A stretch of 64,000 nucleotides of DNA from positions 6,903,824-6,967,823 of the forward strand of contig MU054391.1 in assembly GCA_013239625.1 (NCBI GenBank), written 5' to 3'. Position 1 is the stretch's first letter; each line of letters begins with the position of its first letter. Below, piece after piece: positions 1-10,819 of the stretch. Origin of the DNA: Lama guanicoe (taxonomy: Eukaryota). The translations under genes and the position numbers were made by a program. The notes below the pieces were generated by a model, which was not told the DNA's origin, made no database searches, and was given only the letters and a program-made list of their open reading frames with translations.

Positions 1-59
1 CACTGAAGACGTCGCACCCAGCTGGGTCCTCCAGGCTTTGTGGATCAAGACAACTGAAC

Positions 60-134
60 CAGTGTGCTCCCCTCGGCGGCTGCTCCCGAGACTGGCTGGG
101 CCTGGAGGGCCATGTGCACACTGTAAACGAGACT
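60..134 (-). pseudogene. Possible exon 6 copy of the E2F6-like pseudogene
   Basis: tttctcag acceptor then S-F-T-V (E2F6 DSITV); anchors tgctcc and cactgt are 54 nt apart vs 53 nt in E2F6 exon 6; colinear position. Confidence 0.45.
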
Positions 135-529
135 GAGAAAGCCCTGGGGTTGCTCAGAAGTCTCCACACTGTCAGGCTGCTGCCTCTCCCTGGCAGGACT
201 GCAAGTATAGCCACGGGAGAGGCTCAGCGCAGAGTAAAGATAAGCCCTCAGGGACGGAACAGTCACCGCAGTGTGTTCATTAACCACAAAACCGGCTCCA
301 CCCTATCCCCTTCTTGGGCATAACGTTCCATACGAAATGGGCTTAACGGAACTGATACACGGGTAAGGACAGCTAAGCTCTTCTGACACTTAGTCCTGAA
401 GACGGACAGCACTGGGGCTACTGAGTTTATATTTCATTTATATACATTCACTGTTAGGAAATTAACAGCAAATGTGTTACCATTTCTCACTTTCTTAATG
501 GAACATAAAATCTGTGAATCAGTATCTGT

Positions 530-653
530 TTCTCTGGGAACTCGTCTGGCTGCAGCTGGAGCTTTCACTGCAAGAAAAATCTGTTCACGGACGGCCAAAT
601 GGTATGGATTAACTTGACCCATCACTTGCTAGCACACGGTCAGACAAGCATCT
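530..653 (-). pseudogene. E2F6-like tandem pseudogene, exon 5 copy plus intron flank
   Basis: EQIFLAVKAPAAARRVPRE vs E2F6 [22 protein letters not shown]; flank tcagacaagcatct vs tcagtcaaggatct shows that intronic sequence was co-duplicated. Confidence 0.85.
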
Positions 654-708
654 TTAAAAGCAGCAAAGTGCCCCCCGCCCCCACCATGTAAGGAGTCCCT
701 CTGATGGA

Positions 709-822
709 TTTTTTAAAATGTTACTTTATTTTTATTTTTGGGGGGGAGGTAATTAGATTTATTTACTCTTTTAGAGGAGGTACTGGGAATTGAACTGAGC
801 TTCCACTGAGCTATACCCTCCC
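709..822 (-). mobile_element. tRNA-derived SINE, internally deleted
   Basis: Reverse complement of the same head (ccactgagctataccctccc) and a T-rich tail. Confidence 0.8.
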
Positions 823-2288
823 TCCACCTCCAATGAATCGATAAAGTTTCAAAGCATAAATATCCATTCAGGTACAGCCTCAAAACAGAATTCAAATCAG
901 CCTCATTTCTATTAGATTTTTAAAATCTGTCAAATACTTACACAGTACTTACCATGTGCCAGCCTTTTATATTAAAAATACTTCAAAGGCAAGTACTTAG
1001 AAATATTAACTCATTTAATCCTTGTATAACAAGCCTATGCATTGGATTGCTTCTTCGGACACAGAGTAGTTGCATCTCCTTTTTACCTTCCCAAACCAGT
1101 CCCCATCAAGTACTAGAGTCAAACCATGAACCCGGCCTAAACAAACACTTGTGTTCCAGAGCAATTCCAAGTCACTCTTTGAAGTTTAATCAAAGTGTTT
1201 AAAAGCAAAACCCCCTAGTCAGTAACTTCAATGTAACCTATACACTTTAGTCTAAAGTGGCTGAAGCAGAAAATAAAAATAATCTTGTTTCCTTGCCACT
1301 AACTTCTCTCTTCAAGCCCCCTCCACAACCAGGAGGGGAAAACCTGAATGCTTATTTTAAGCCAGATACCCTGTTTCCCCCCCTCACACCGACCACTTTA
1401 GTGGGTAATAGCCCTGAGATCAGAGGGGTTAATTCAAGGACTTCAAGGCTTCTGCTATTAAGTGGAAGATCCAGGATTCAAGCCCCCTTCGCCCCTCTTT
1501 TTGAAGGTGGGGACCTTGCTTGTCTGTCTTTGCATACCCAGTACTTACACGTAACGTACACTTGTTGGATGAATGAACAATCCCTGGCGCCGATTCTCAC
1601 TAGATGACTGACTCTGCAGTAATCTCTCTCAAATACGAATCTGACCTTACCACTGACTGATAAACCACCACCACCCTGTATCTCACAGGAACTGGAGAGT
1701 CTTGGAAACTCTATGACAACGTTTTTCAAACTGCAGCTTATGAGTGATTAGGCCTTTACCATTGTTTAAAATAAAAAATGAAATGGAATCCACAGAAGAG
1801 TGTATTGCAAGGTGGTGAGTGTTGTCTGGGAAACATTTGTGTGCATGCTGGACGTTTAAAATGTGGTCCTCACCAAAGGTTGTAGGCGAACTTTGAAAGC
1901 CGCGTTTGCAGCACTGAGTCCCTCACAGTCCTTTGACCTCTCTTTGCCTTTACACGTATTATTTCCTCATCTAGAACATTCTTCTCCTTGCCCTGTGTGG
2001 GGACCTCTGGCCATCCTTGTGCGCCGGTCTTCCTAGTGCTATGGGTAAAGGCAGGGAACGTGCCATGTTTGTTTCCATCTTTCAGATGCCTGTAGCAGAG
2101 CTTGTCCACAGAGAGGACTCAGGAACACTCACTCTTGTGCACCTCTGCCTGCAGTCCATCTTCACTGGGCATCAGTTTATTACTTAATGTCTTGTAATTT
2201 CCCATATTGCCACAGTCCACTGTTAAAAGCAACCTAATTCCTCTATGACGAAAGCTTAAAAATAATGAAAGGTTTGAAGACAACTCAC

Positions 2289-2671
2289 ATCCACTGAGTG
2301 TGACTCTTAGATTTGTCTTGAAGGAGGTGAGCCCCATGTAACACACTAGTGATGTCATCTGCTTTTTGTTTTCCCTGCTCCCAGTACGGACACAACCCCA
2401 CTTAAATCAAGAAAGCCATCAGGGGCAGATTTTAGAAAATCCATGCACTTTCCAGTGGAAAGAAACTGTGATGGGGGAGGGTAGAGCTCAGTGGTAAAGC
2501 GTGCGCTTAGCATGCACTGGGTCCTGGGTTCAATACCCAGTACCTCCATCAAAACCAACCAACCAACCAACCTAATCCCGCCCACCCCTGCTAAAGAAAA
2601 AGAAAATAGGGAAGGAACATTTTTTAAAAAAGGAAAGAAACCATGACTTATCGAAAAGAGGCTGATCGACC
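2289..2671 (-). pseudogene. E2F6-like tandem pseudogene, exon 3 copy (interrupted by a SINE)
   Basis: 2289-2356 aligns ungapped to E2F6 13643-13710 at 47/68 nt (manual count). Conceptual VDQPLFDKSWFLS-TGKCMDFLKSAPDGFLDLSGVVSVLGAGK/QKADDITSVLHGAHLLQDKSKSHTQW; donor kept (TGGAT|gtgag); +1 frameshift near 2369-2372. Confidence 0.88.
2473..2631 (+). mobile_element. tRNA-derived SINE (camelid-type)
   Basis: GGGGAGGGTAGAGCTCAGTGGT A-box head, GGTTCAATACC B-box, A-rich tail; TSD ggaaagaaac(tg/ca)tga at 2457-2471 and 2632-2646. Confidence 0.9.
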
Positions 2672-3540
2672 CTGAAGGAATAAAGCAGAAAAAAAAGATG
2701 AGTAAAACTTACACTTCGGAATTCAAATAGAATTTCTCTTCTTAGAAATGAATTGATTATGGGCAACAAAAGCTAGTATGAGGGAAAAACAAGCCTCATA
2801 CAATTCTGGTTAAACCTGAAAGCAGTGTTTCCCCCATCAATTTCACTTACGTTCTTTATTTTTCATTACAACGCCTGCCTTTGGGGAGTTACATTAAGTT
2901 CTGGAAGAAATGTGCAGAGGAGCTCCGTCACCCATCTGCCGTAGGGTGGATGGGTTTCTCTTCTTTCCGCCTACACAGCACCTACGCTTTGTGATGCAAA
3001 TGATGCAGAAATGCTGGGGAGTGCTTTCCAGCCCAGCGGCATAACTGGATTCGTGAGCGGAGGGGTTCCGTGTTGGAACACGCTCATTTTGAAGACCGGT
3101 GGGCTGCATTCTTGGCCCCAAATTCGAGGGCAGTGTAAACAGCTGAAGTGGCCACCTTTGTAGATAAGACTCTCCAGGTTTTAAAAAGGCTGTGAGGTTC
3201 TCCCTTCTCCCACCAGAGTTTCAGGCTCTACAGGGAGAACTAGGTACCTGCTTTCCTCACAGCTCGTGTCCTGGCAAAAGACCAAAGAGAAGGTAAGGTA
3301 ACCTTGGGGAGGAGAGCCATCAATCACTGCAGCAAATCCTTGTCCCAGTCACAGGAAAGGAGGGGGAGACGAGGAAGATGACGGCTCCCAGGGAGGCTGG
3401 TTTGCATTTATGCAGTTCAAACTGTTTCATATCACACACCATCTGAACACAAATTCCTAAGAAACAACCCGTATCTCGGCCATCAATGTGGACTTAGGGT
3501 CTTCTGGGACTCAGGAATCAATCCCAGACAATGAGAACCA

Positions 3541-3770
3541 CAGTGAACCCCTGAACAGTGTGGGGCTGGGAGGCGCCCACCAGGTGCAGGCGAAAATCCA
3601 CATGTAATTTATAATCTGCCCTCCTACTCATGCCTACCCCACGTCTGCGGGTTCCGCATCTGCAAGTTCAACCAATCTCAGATCGTGTGATCCTATAGCA
3701 TTTACTGAAAAAAATCCACATATAACTGGACTCGCGCAGTTCAAACCTGTATTATTCAAGGGTCAGTTGC
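3541..3770. mobile_element. MER8-like TcMar-Tigger MITE
   Basis: Terminal inverted repeats cagtgaacccctgaac...ttcaagggtcagttg. Confidence 0.7.
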
Positions 3771-4842
3771 ACAACGGGATTTTACAATTAGCCTACGGAT
3801 ATGAAATTAGGGTGATTCATCTAATGTCACAGTAAGCCAAGAGCAGAGCGGGGGCCGCCACAGCACGGGGCTGTTGTGGAGGGAAAGCAGTGCCAGTGTT
3901 TCCTCTCTCAGATCCAAGCCCACCTTCCTGTTCAATGCTGTCCCACTGGGGCTGGGCTCTGCAAACTACACGGCCTGCACTCCCCTGCTGGCTGGGTTCT
4001 GAGAAGCAGGCTGTGGTAGAATGGGAGGCAGGAGGAGGGAAGAGACTTTCTTCCTTTTTCTAGCTCCTGTCAGCATCCCTGCGGCTACAGAGGACCACCA
4101 GGGCTCGTTTCCAGGTTCCTTCGGTAGCCCTGGCACCAGCCATGGTGTCCCCTCAGAAGTACCAGCACGAGTGGCTGGAACTTGTTAGCGGTCTGCACGC
4201 CAGTGTGTTACACCCCAGTGAACCACTCTCCTTCCCCACCAGAGCACTGGTGCAGCGTCTCCTCCGGCGACATGAGGACCTCTCCTCTGGGCTCGCAGGT
4301 TATGGTTAACCCTACTTTATCCTGTGGTGGTAGCTGCTTCCTGAATTACTGAGATCTGCTACCTCAGCACGCCTTTTTGCTAAATCACCCTTGTATTAAC
4401 TCACCACTGATGTTAACACCCACCATGGTTTTCCTACTGGACCCTGTCTGACACAGTACTTGTTACTGAATGAGTCTGTCACATTGCCTTTGACACACAC
4501 GTCTTACAAAAACATCTAATGCATTTGCTACTTCCTGCTCCCCAGATCCAGTGCCGTGGACCAGTGTGAGGTTCTGAGGGGCATGAAGACCACCACGCTC
4601 TCTGCAGACTAGACCAGGGCGAGCACAGGAAAGTGGGCAGGGCTAGAATACAGTGCTGGCTCCCTGGCAGAACTTCTTTCTTCCCAAGTTACTCCGTTTA
4701 GATTCTGATATGTAAAAACTAGCGTGAATTCATTTCACCAACAGGAATGGGATCCGCAAATTTATCTTTGACGTCAGCGCTGTTCTCCAGCAGCATCTGC
4801 TTGACTGGAAGCAAGTGGAGGAATCTGAAAACTGTTAGTTCT

Positions 4843-4855
4843 CCACTAGATGGCA
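4843..4855 (+). promoter_or_regulatory. Candidate CTCF motif
   Basis: CCACTAGATGGCA fits the core consensus CCASYAGRKGGCR; motif match only. Confidence 0.45.
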
Positions 4856-5259
4856 ATCATTACGCAAATTCGCGTCAGACTCCCATCACGCTAGTAGCCA
4901 AAAGACAGATCAACACATTTTGCTGATCGTAAGCAACCAACAACAGCTGGGAATGTGCCAAAGGTCTGTGACACTGGTTTGCTGTGAGGCTGTTTCAAGT
5001 CTTTCACTGACTTGTGGCAGAGACAGCTAGTTGTCCCCAAACATACTGGTTAGCGTCGGCTTGGTGATGCTGCAGTAACAAACTAACTCCAAACAGATCC
5101 CAGTGATCTGACACATTCCATGTCGCACGCAGGTTGGCAGGGCAATTCCACGCAGCCTCTGGGGGATCCAGGCTGACGGAGGCTCCAGGATCCTGGGGAT
5201 GTTTCAGCTGGAACCTGTGCTTTCCTCGGTTGCTGGAGGCTGGAGCAGTAAGCCGATTT

Positions 5260-5740
5260 CATTTCTTAAAATAAGACAACGGTGAAGTCGGCCACACTGA
5301 TTGACTTTCTTTCACAGGTGGTTCCTCTGTGGCACACAATGCAGTCTGATGGCATTTCACCCACAGGAGAACTTTTCAAAGCTGACGTCAAGCCTCTTGA
5401 GCTCTGCCGCCGCTTGTCAACTGGGTTTACATCTTATTCTCCACCTTGGGCTGTCACTTCAGCAGCCTTACGAGTAGACTCCAACTCAAAGAAACCACCT
5501 TCTTTTGCTCATTAGTAAGAAACAACCCCCCGGTCGTTCAAGTTTTATATTTATGACAAATAAAACAATAATGAAAAAGTTTGAAATATTGTGATAATTA
5601 CCAAAACCTGACACAGAGATGTGAAATGAGCAAATGCTACTGGAAAACTAGTGCCTGCGGACTTGCTGGACACAGGGTGGCCACAAACTTTCAATTATAA
5701 AAAAAAAACCCAGTATCTGCGAAGCAGGATAAAACGTACA
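5260..5740. mobile_element. Tigger1-like fragments
   Basis: aattaccaaaacctgacacagagatgtgaaatgagcaaatgct...gccacaaactttcaatt...gtatctgcgaag resembles a Tigger1 terminus. Confidence 0.7.
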
Positions 5741-7698
5741 CAGAGAGATGGGCAGAGGGTTCAGGACAGAGTGGGAGGAAGAGCCTGGAAGCGAGTTCTG
5801 GCCATGCTTCCTCTAGCAGTTGTGAAAAGAAGAGACCAGACACCAGAAGTCAGAGCGATGGAGAGCATCTTCATTTATAGAACACGTCTACAGTTTACAA
5901 AGGACTGTCGCTTACATGATCTCATGTTACTCTCAGAACAATCTGCGAAGTGGAAATATGTCACATTTCACAAGTGAGGAACTGCTGCTGTGAGACGCCG
6001 CTGTCACCTGTGGAAAGGCACTACCTTCTCTAGTCGTTTCTCCCCTCCTCTCACTCTTCCTTCTCAGGAAAGCCTTTTCTCCTGTATTTCCCCTTAAAAT
6101 ACTTGTCATCGGTCCTCTCCTGTTCTCCTGCTGGGCCCTCTCTTCAGGCGACCTCATCGACCCCCAGGTTTCAGCCACTGCAGATAAACCGACATCTGCC
6201 AAGTCTACGGTGCGGAGCTGGGGCAGCCCGGGGAGCACCTGACCTACAGACACACAGCTTCTGCCTGAGCTCTGACATTCACCACGTGTGCCCGAGATGA
6301 GGTGCACGACGGGCGGTCCCAGGCTCACAGAAGCAGCCGACAGGGACGGTGAGGAGGGAGGAGGCTGGTGCTCAGCGGAGGGATAGGCCTGGCGAAAGCC
6401 ACTGGAGCTCAAGGGTATGCAAATCCTAAATTCTCAGCATTATTTTTCAATATTTTGATTTTTGATTCCCATGCTAACTCTTTATACATGGTCTTAATTT
6501 CAAGTTGCTTCAATTCTTTCTTTAAAAGCAAGAGAAGTTTAAAATATGAATCTGAATGACACAAGAACCTTGTATGGTAGACAAGCCAAGTATTATTATT
6601 AATTTTACAATTCACTCACGCACCCAAGCACTCACTCACTGATTTGTTCAAATGTTTACTGAGCACTTTTTATGTGCCAGGGATGGTGCAAGGCGTTGGG
6701 TTTAACAATGATTAAGACAATCCCCCAAGGAGCTCACAGTCTAATGGTAAACTACTGAGTTACTGAGGCACAGTGGTAAATGACTTACCCATGAGGTAGA
6801 AAGAGCTAGGTACTTGGAAATGTGGGACAAGAGCGGGAGAGAGGGTAGGGGACAACTAGCACGTCGTAAGGAAACCCCTCTGACTGAAGGGCAAGGCTGC
6901 TTACAGAAACACATCACAAAATCTGCTTGCAAAAAAGGTTAAAATACTTTGCAGTTTTTACCATGATTGAATTCATGTCTTGCAAGGAATTAAGTCATGA
7001 CGTGATGGCATTTCTACACTTGCCCCCAAAGCTTGGGGTGTGCCACCAGTCTGCTCAGACACGATGGCTCTGTAGGGAGCTTGAAGTCCAATTTTAGCAC
7101 TGGGAACCTCATTGAAATGCTTTAATTAAATCCATGAACTTCAAATGTGTAGCATATTTATGATACTTCTACATGTAGAAGTTAGGAAAAAACTTGCCTC
7201 TAACCCTCATTCAGAGGATTCTAATAAGTTACAGATACCACAGAAGTTAGAGAATATGTCTGCTACTTTCCATATATACATTATTTCGGCTGTACAAGGG
7301 TGAAAAGTTTCACTCAGACATATTTCATAAGTCATCTAAACATTATACAAATATATACAAAGACATCACGTCCAGAGTGTGTGTACACCATCCATTGTAG
7401 ACATGAACCCGTGTAAGGCAATTTCTCTCATGATAACAACACATGATCCGTGCAGGAAAGGGCAGAGTCCACGAAGAACCGTCCATCCAGCCTGCCTGTC
7501 TTTCAGTGATAATTTTTTGTGATTCAGTAATTTCAGGAGGCAAGATGTCTATTTCACTGACAAAAAGCAGTGAATAATTATAAAAAGAGTTGTTTTCAAA
7601 TGCGGAAACCATAATCATCCAGTAATCTAAGTAGTGAACTATTCAAAGGTACTACTGGCCTGACTGCTGCTACTGAGAATGAGAAACGTCAGGGATGA

Positions 7699-7704
7699 TT
7701 TATT
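7699..7704 (-). terminator. E2F6: Candidate proximal poly(A) signal AATAAA in the E2F6 3' UTR
   Basis: tttatt on the plus strand ~80 nt after the stop; ATTAAA alternative at 7121-7126; usage unknown. Confidence 0.3.
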
Positions 7705-7785
7705 GCTCTGAGAATCACATCTGAAGTAGAATTCATCCACGCAGAATGTTCCAACAGGACCCAGCACACCAATCCTCAGACGCCA

Positions 7786-7835
7786 TCAGTTGCTCACTTC
7801 GAGCAATTCTTCATTTTGCTGTGGAGGATTTTCTT
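7786..7835 (-). CDS. E2F6: E2F6 coding exon 7 (50 nt to stop), then 3' UTR
   Basis: tttttcag acceptor; EENPPQQNEELLEVSN then TGA. Spliced CDS 108+55+217+156+115+142+50 = 843 nt, an uninterrupted 280-aa frame. Confidence 0.94.
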
Positions 7836-8156
7836 CTGAAAAATAAACCCGAGAGAAACCATTCTATGTGAAGGTCTGAAAGGCAGGTAATAGAACACAC
7901 AGCCCAAGTGCTGAAGGAAACCGGAAGACCCGAGTCAGGAACCATAATCTTATGTTAATGGCCTAAGCCTCAAGTTTTCAGTTTCCCAAGAGTAAACCAG
8001 AACTCAAACATGTACCTGGAAGGACCATCAGAGGACACAGACAGCTAGGAAGAGTAAAAATATCTATAAGGCCATAACAGTCATTTATAAAACTATATAT
8101 ATTTAAAAAATCATTAGAATCCTAGATTTTCCTAGTCACAAAACTGGTGCACTTAC

Positions 8157-8298
8157 CTTTATTAGGGTGTTCTGGATGTTTGCTTTTAGATGAGGAGGTA
8201 CCATCCGACCGTTTATTACTTGAGTGACCCTGCTCCACTTCACATAAATAAACATCAATGGGCCCCTTGGTGCTCCTTATATGCACTGTGATGGAATC
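8157..8298 (-). CDS. E2F6: E2F6 coding exon 6 (142 nt)
   Basis: ttgctag acceptor; DSITVHIRSTKGPIDVYLCEVEQGHSSNKRSDGTSSSKSKHPEHPNK plus 1 nt; GTAAGT donor. Confidence 0.95.
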
Positions 8299-8994
8299 CT
8301 AGCAAATGACACATGAAACACCGAGACGAATGAGAAAATTCATTCATTATAGTTTTTCACTTACTAGAACTGCAAATGTTCCAAGGAACACTTCTGAAAA
8401 TTTTAATTTAGGTAGTTTCCTTTCCATCACATATTTGAGAAAATCATACACTCAGTTAGCTTTAGTCACATGAAACCACTGGCCAACACACACAGTTAAA
8501 CCAGCTACCCGGTCATACAGGGGAGGCTTCAGAGCCCAAAGGGGACCACCTCAGCACGCAGGAGCTCATCTGTCTCTCCTCAAGGAGTTGGCCCCTTTAA
8601 GAAGTCTGAACTGGAGACTCCAAAATCAGTGTTCTGATGACAAAGAAATCTAAAACAGTCTGTCAACTCAAATGATAACAGTGTGCTAAGATTTCAGACC
8701 ACTGGAGAGGTACTGAGCTGAATGAAAGGATTATTCTTCCATCCACTTGAAAAAGAGGATGAAGCCACGCCAAAATATACCTATTGAAATTTAAAACGTT
8801 AAATCCAAAAGATACCAGGTAATCAGTTGCTTCTACTGGGAATTGTGCTAAATTCTTAGGGAACAGTTCAGTCATAGAGGACTCCTTTGTTGTTTTGACT
8901 GGGAGTGGCTTCAACGGCAAAGTCAAGTCTATTTCCTTTCCTCCCAGACGGTTAGGCCTGGGCTAGGTACCTGGCACCCCACGCCCTTCCTGCT

Positions 8995-9048
8995 CACTGT
9001 GACCTCACAGCACACTGTGACCTCACAGCACACTGTGACCTCACAGCA
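8995..9048. repeat. Exact 18-bp tandem repeat x3 (cactgtgacctcacagca)
   Basis: Units at 8995, 9013 and 9031, read directly. Confidence 0.95.
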
Positions 9049-9255
9049 GAGGGTCTCTGGACCTCCAGTGTCATTGCCCTTCCCGTAGCTTCCTGGTAGC
9101 AGGCAGATGGGCTGAAGAACATCTGTGCTCAGCTCATAGATGGCCAGGCCAGGTCTGGTTTGAAGGGTACACCCTGCACAACTCAATACTTCTGAAGCAA
9201 GGAAACCGGTAAGCTGCTCAGAAGCGGCGGCTGAGGATCACAGGGTCTATTAAGT

Positions 9256-9480
9256 CAGGGATTGGCCAAAGTCTTCTGGGCAGGGCGAGGTAGTAAATAT
9301 TTTTGACTTTGCAGGTCATATCATCCCTCTCACAACTACACACCTTTGCCATTACAGAGTGAAAGCAGCCAGCGACAATATCTAAACAAACGGGCATGCG
9401 GCTGTGTCCTGATGCAATTATTTACAAAAGCCCAGCAGGCTGGACTTGACCTGAAGGCCAGTCCATCCGCCCCAGCACTA
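9256..9480. mobile_element. MER58A-like hAT element
   Basis: cagggattggccaaa...gtaaatatttttgactttgcaggtcata...tatttacaaaa. Confidence 0.7.
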
Positions 9481-10704
9481 GATCCCCAGACCTCTCCCCA
9501 TATCTCTGTGGAATTGGACTCTTTGTCCATCGCTCCCACTGACTTTCCCTACTGCTAAGAATGGCTGCCAAGAGGGCCCACGTTCCTCGGCTTTTAAATG
9601 GGACTCTAAGAGACATCTTGGGCCTGATCAAAGGCTCAGCAAGATTTGGCAATTACAGCCTGAAGCAGCTCACAGTACAGGGGAAAAAACAAAAACTCAT
9701 CAGTCACTGCAGAAATGGACTACCATGCCCCAAAGTGAGGATGTGTTGAAAGACTAGTGATAAGTTACGTATGAATGTGACTATGTGAAATGTGCCATAT
9801 TAAATATACATGTTACTTAGGAGATCTGGAATATACCCACAACTAAATAAAACAACTAGGAAGTATTACTAAGAAGACACAATTTGAGTGTGACTGGAGT
9901 AAAAGAAAGCTGTTCCTTTACCTACAGTACACTGACAAACAGCAACCGGGGTCTCACACGGACAGTGCTCTGCTGGGGATGACAGGAAAGGCGGGTGGTG
10001 AGAAATTGCTCTACTCTGAGGGAGGTTAAGCCCCTCTCACAACGAGGAGGACATCACTCTAGCACCAAGGGGCTGTCGGAACTTGACTTGCTCCAAGAAT
10101 GGCCACATTACTTGGTTCTGGTTCCATCCTTACCAGGAAAACTTCTGATGACAACTATCTTTCAATACAAACTTTCTCGCAAGAAAAAGTGTGCTGAGCA
10201 GCTGGCAGCTAACAACATTTTCACTGACACAGCCATTTCACTTTTCATTTTAAATGTGTGACTCAGTATTCTCTTTTATTCATTAGTCTTTTATGAGTTG
10301 GGTGAGTGAGTTAATTCCCTAGAGCCCTGGCTGACACCAGATCTTACTTTTGGAACTTTAACACTGACGCCAATTCTTGGTAATCCCGCTAAGAGGCACT
10401 GAAATACAACGGTTAACAACAAACCCAGAAGTCAAACGATTCGGTCACTTCCTGTGTCATTGTGAGAGTTTATCAATGTTTCTGTGCTTCAGATTCCTCA
10501 TCTTTAAAAGGATAATCATCATGACTGCTACTCCATTTGTGGTGCTACTCCAAACAAGTTAAAACGTGTAACAAGCCCGAACCAGCATCAGGCATGCCGC
10601 TAACGTGGACAGAGAGGTTATCGGGTTACTATGCCTGCAATAAAGCGCAGCCTAAGCAGCTGGCCTGCTTCCCTCTTAAATCTTAAAAATGCAGGGCTAC
10701 CTAC

Positions 10705-10819
10705 TTCTCTGGGAGCTGGAACATCCAATCTGGTTTCTGCTGGAGCTTTAACTGCGATAACAATCTGTTCATGGAAGGCTTGAATGCTATGAATATCTTG
10801 ATACGTCACATATGCTAGT
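10705..10819 (-). CDS. E2F6: E2F6 coding exon 5 (115 nt), marked box
   Basis: Preceded by the U12 branch site TCCTTGAC and terminal [46 protein letters not shown] donor. Confidence 0.96.

Noticed and set aside
1960..2175. Possible exon 4 copy of the paralog (ctcatctagaacattcttc; KNVLDEEII vs EDALDELIK; cctgcag...tgggcat)
   Set aside because: Short matches with inconsistent spacing and no U12 donor remnant; cannot be supported by eye
2473..2550. tRNA-like sequences here and at 39688 and 49709
   Set aside because: They are SINE heads followed by a SINE body and A-rich tail, with TSDs where checked; not tRNA genes
8995..9048. CACTGTG (reverse complement of the RSS heptamer) in each repeat unit, and a superficial CRISPR-like look
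   Set aside because: No nonamer at 12 or 23 bp and no unique spacers; it is a simple tandem repeat in a mammalian intron
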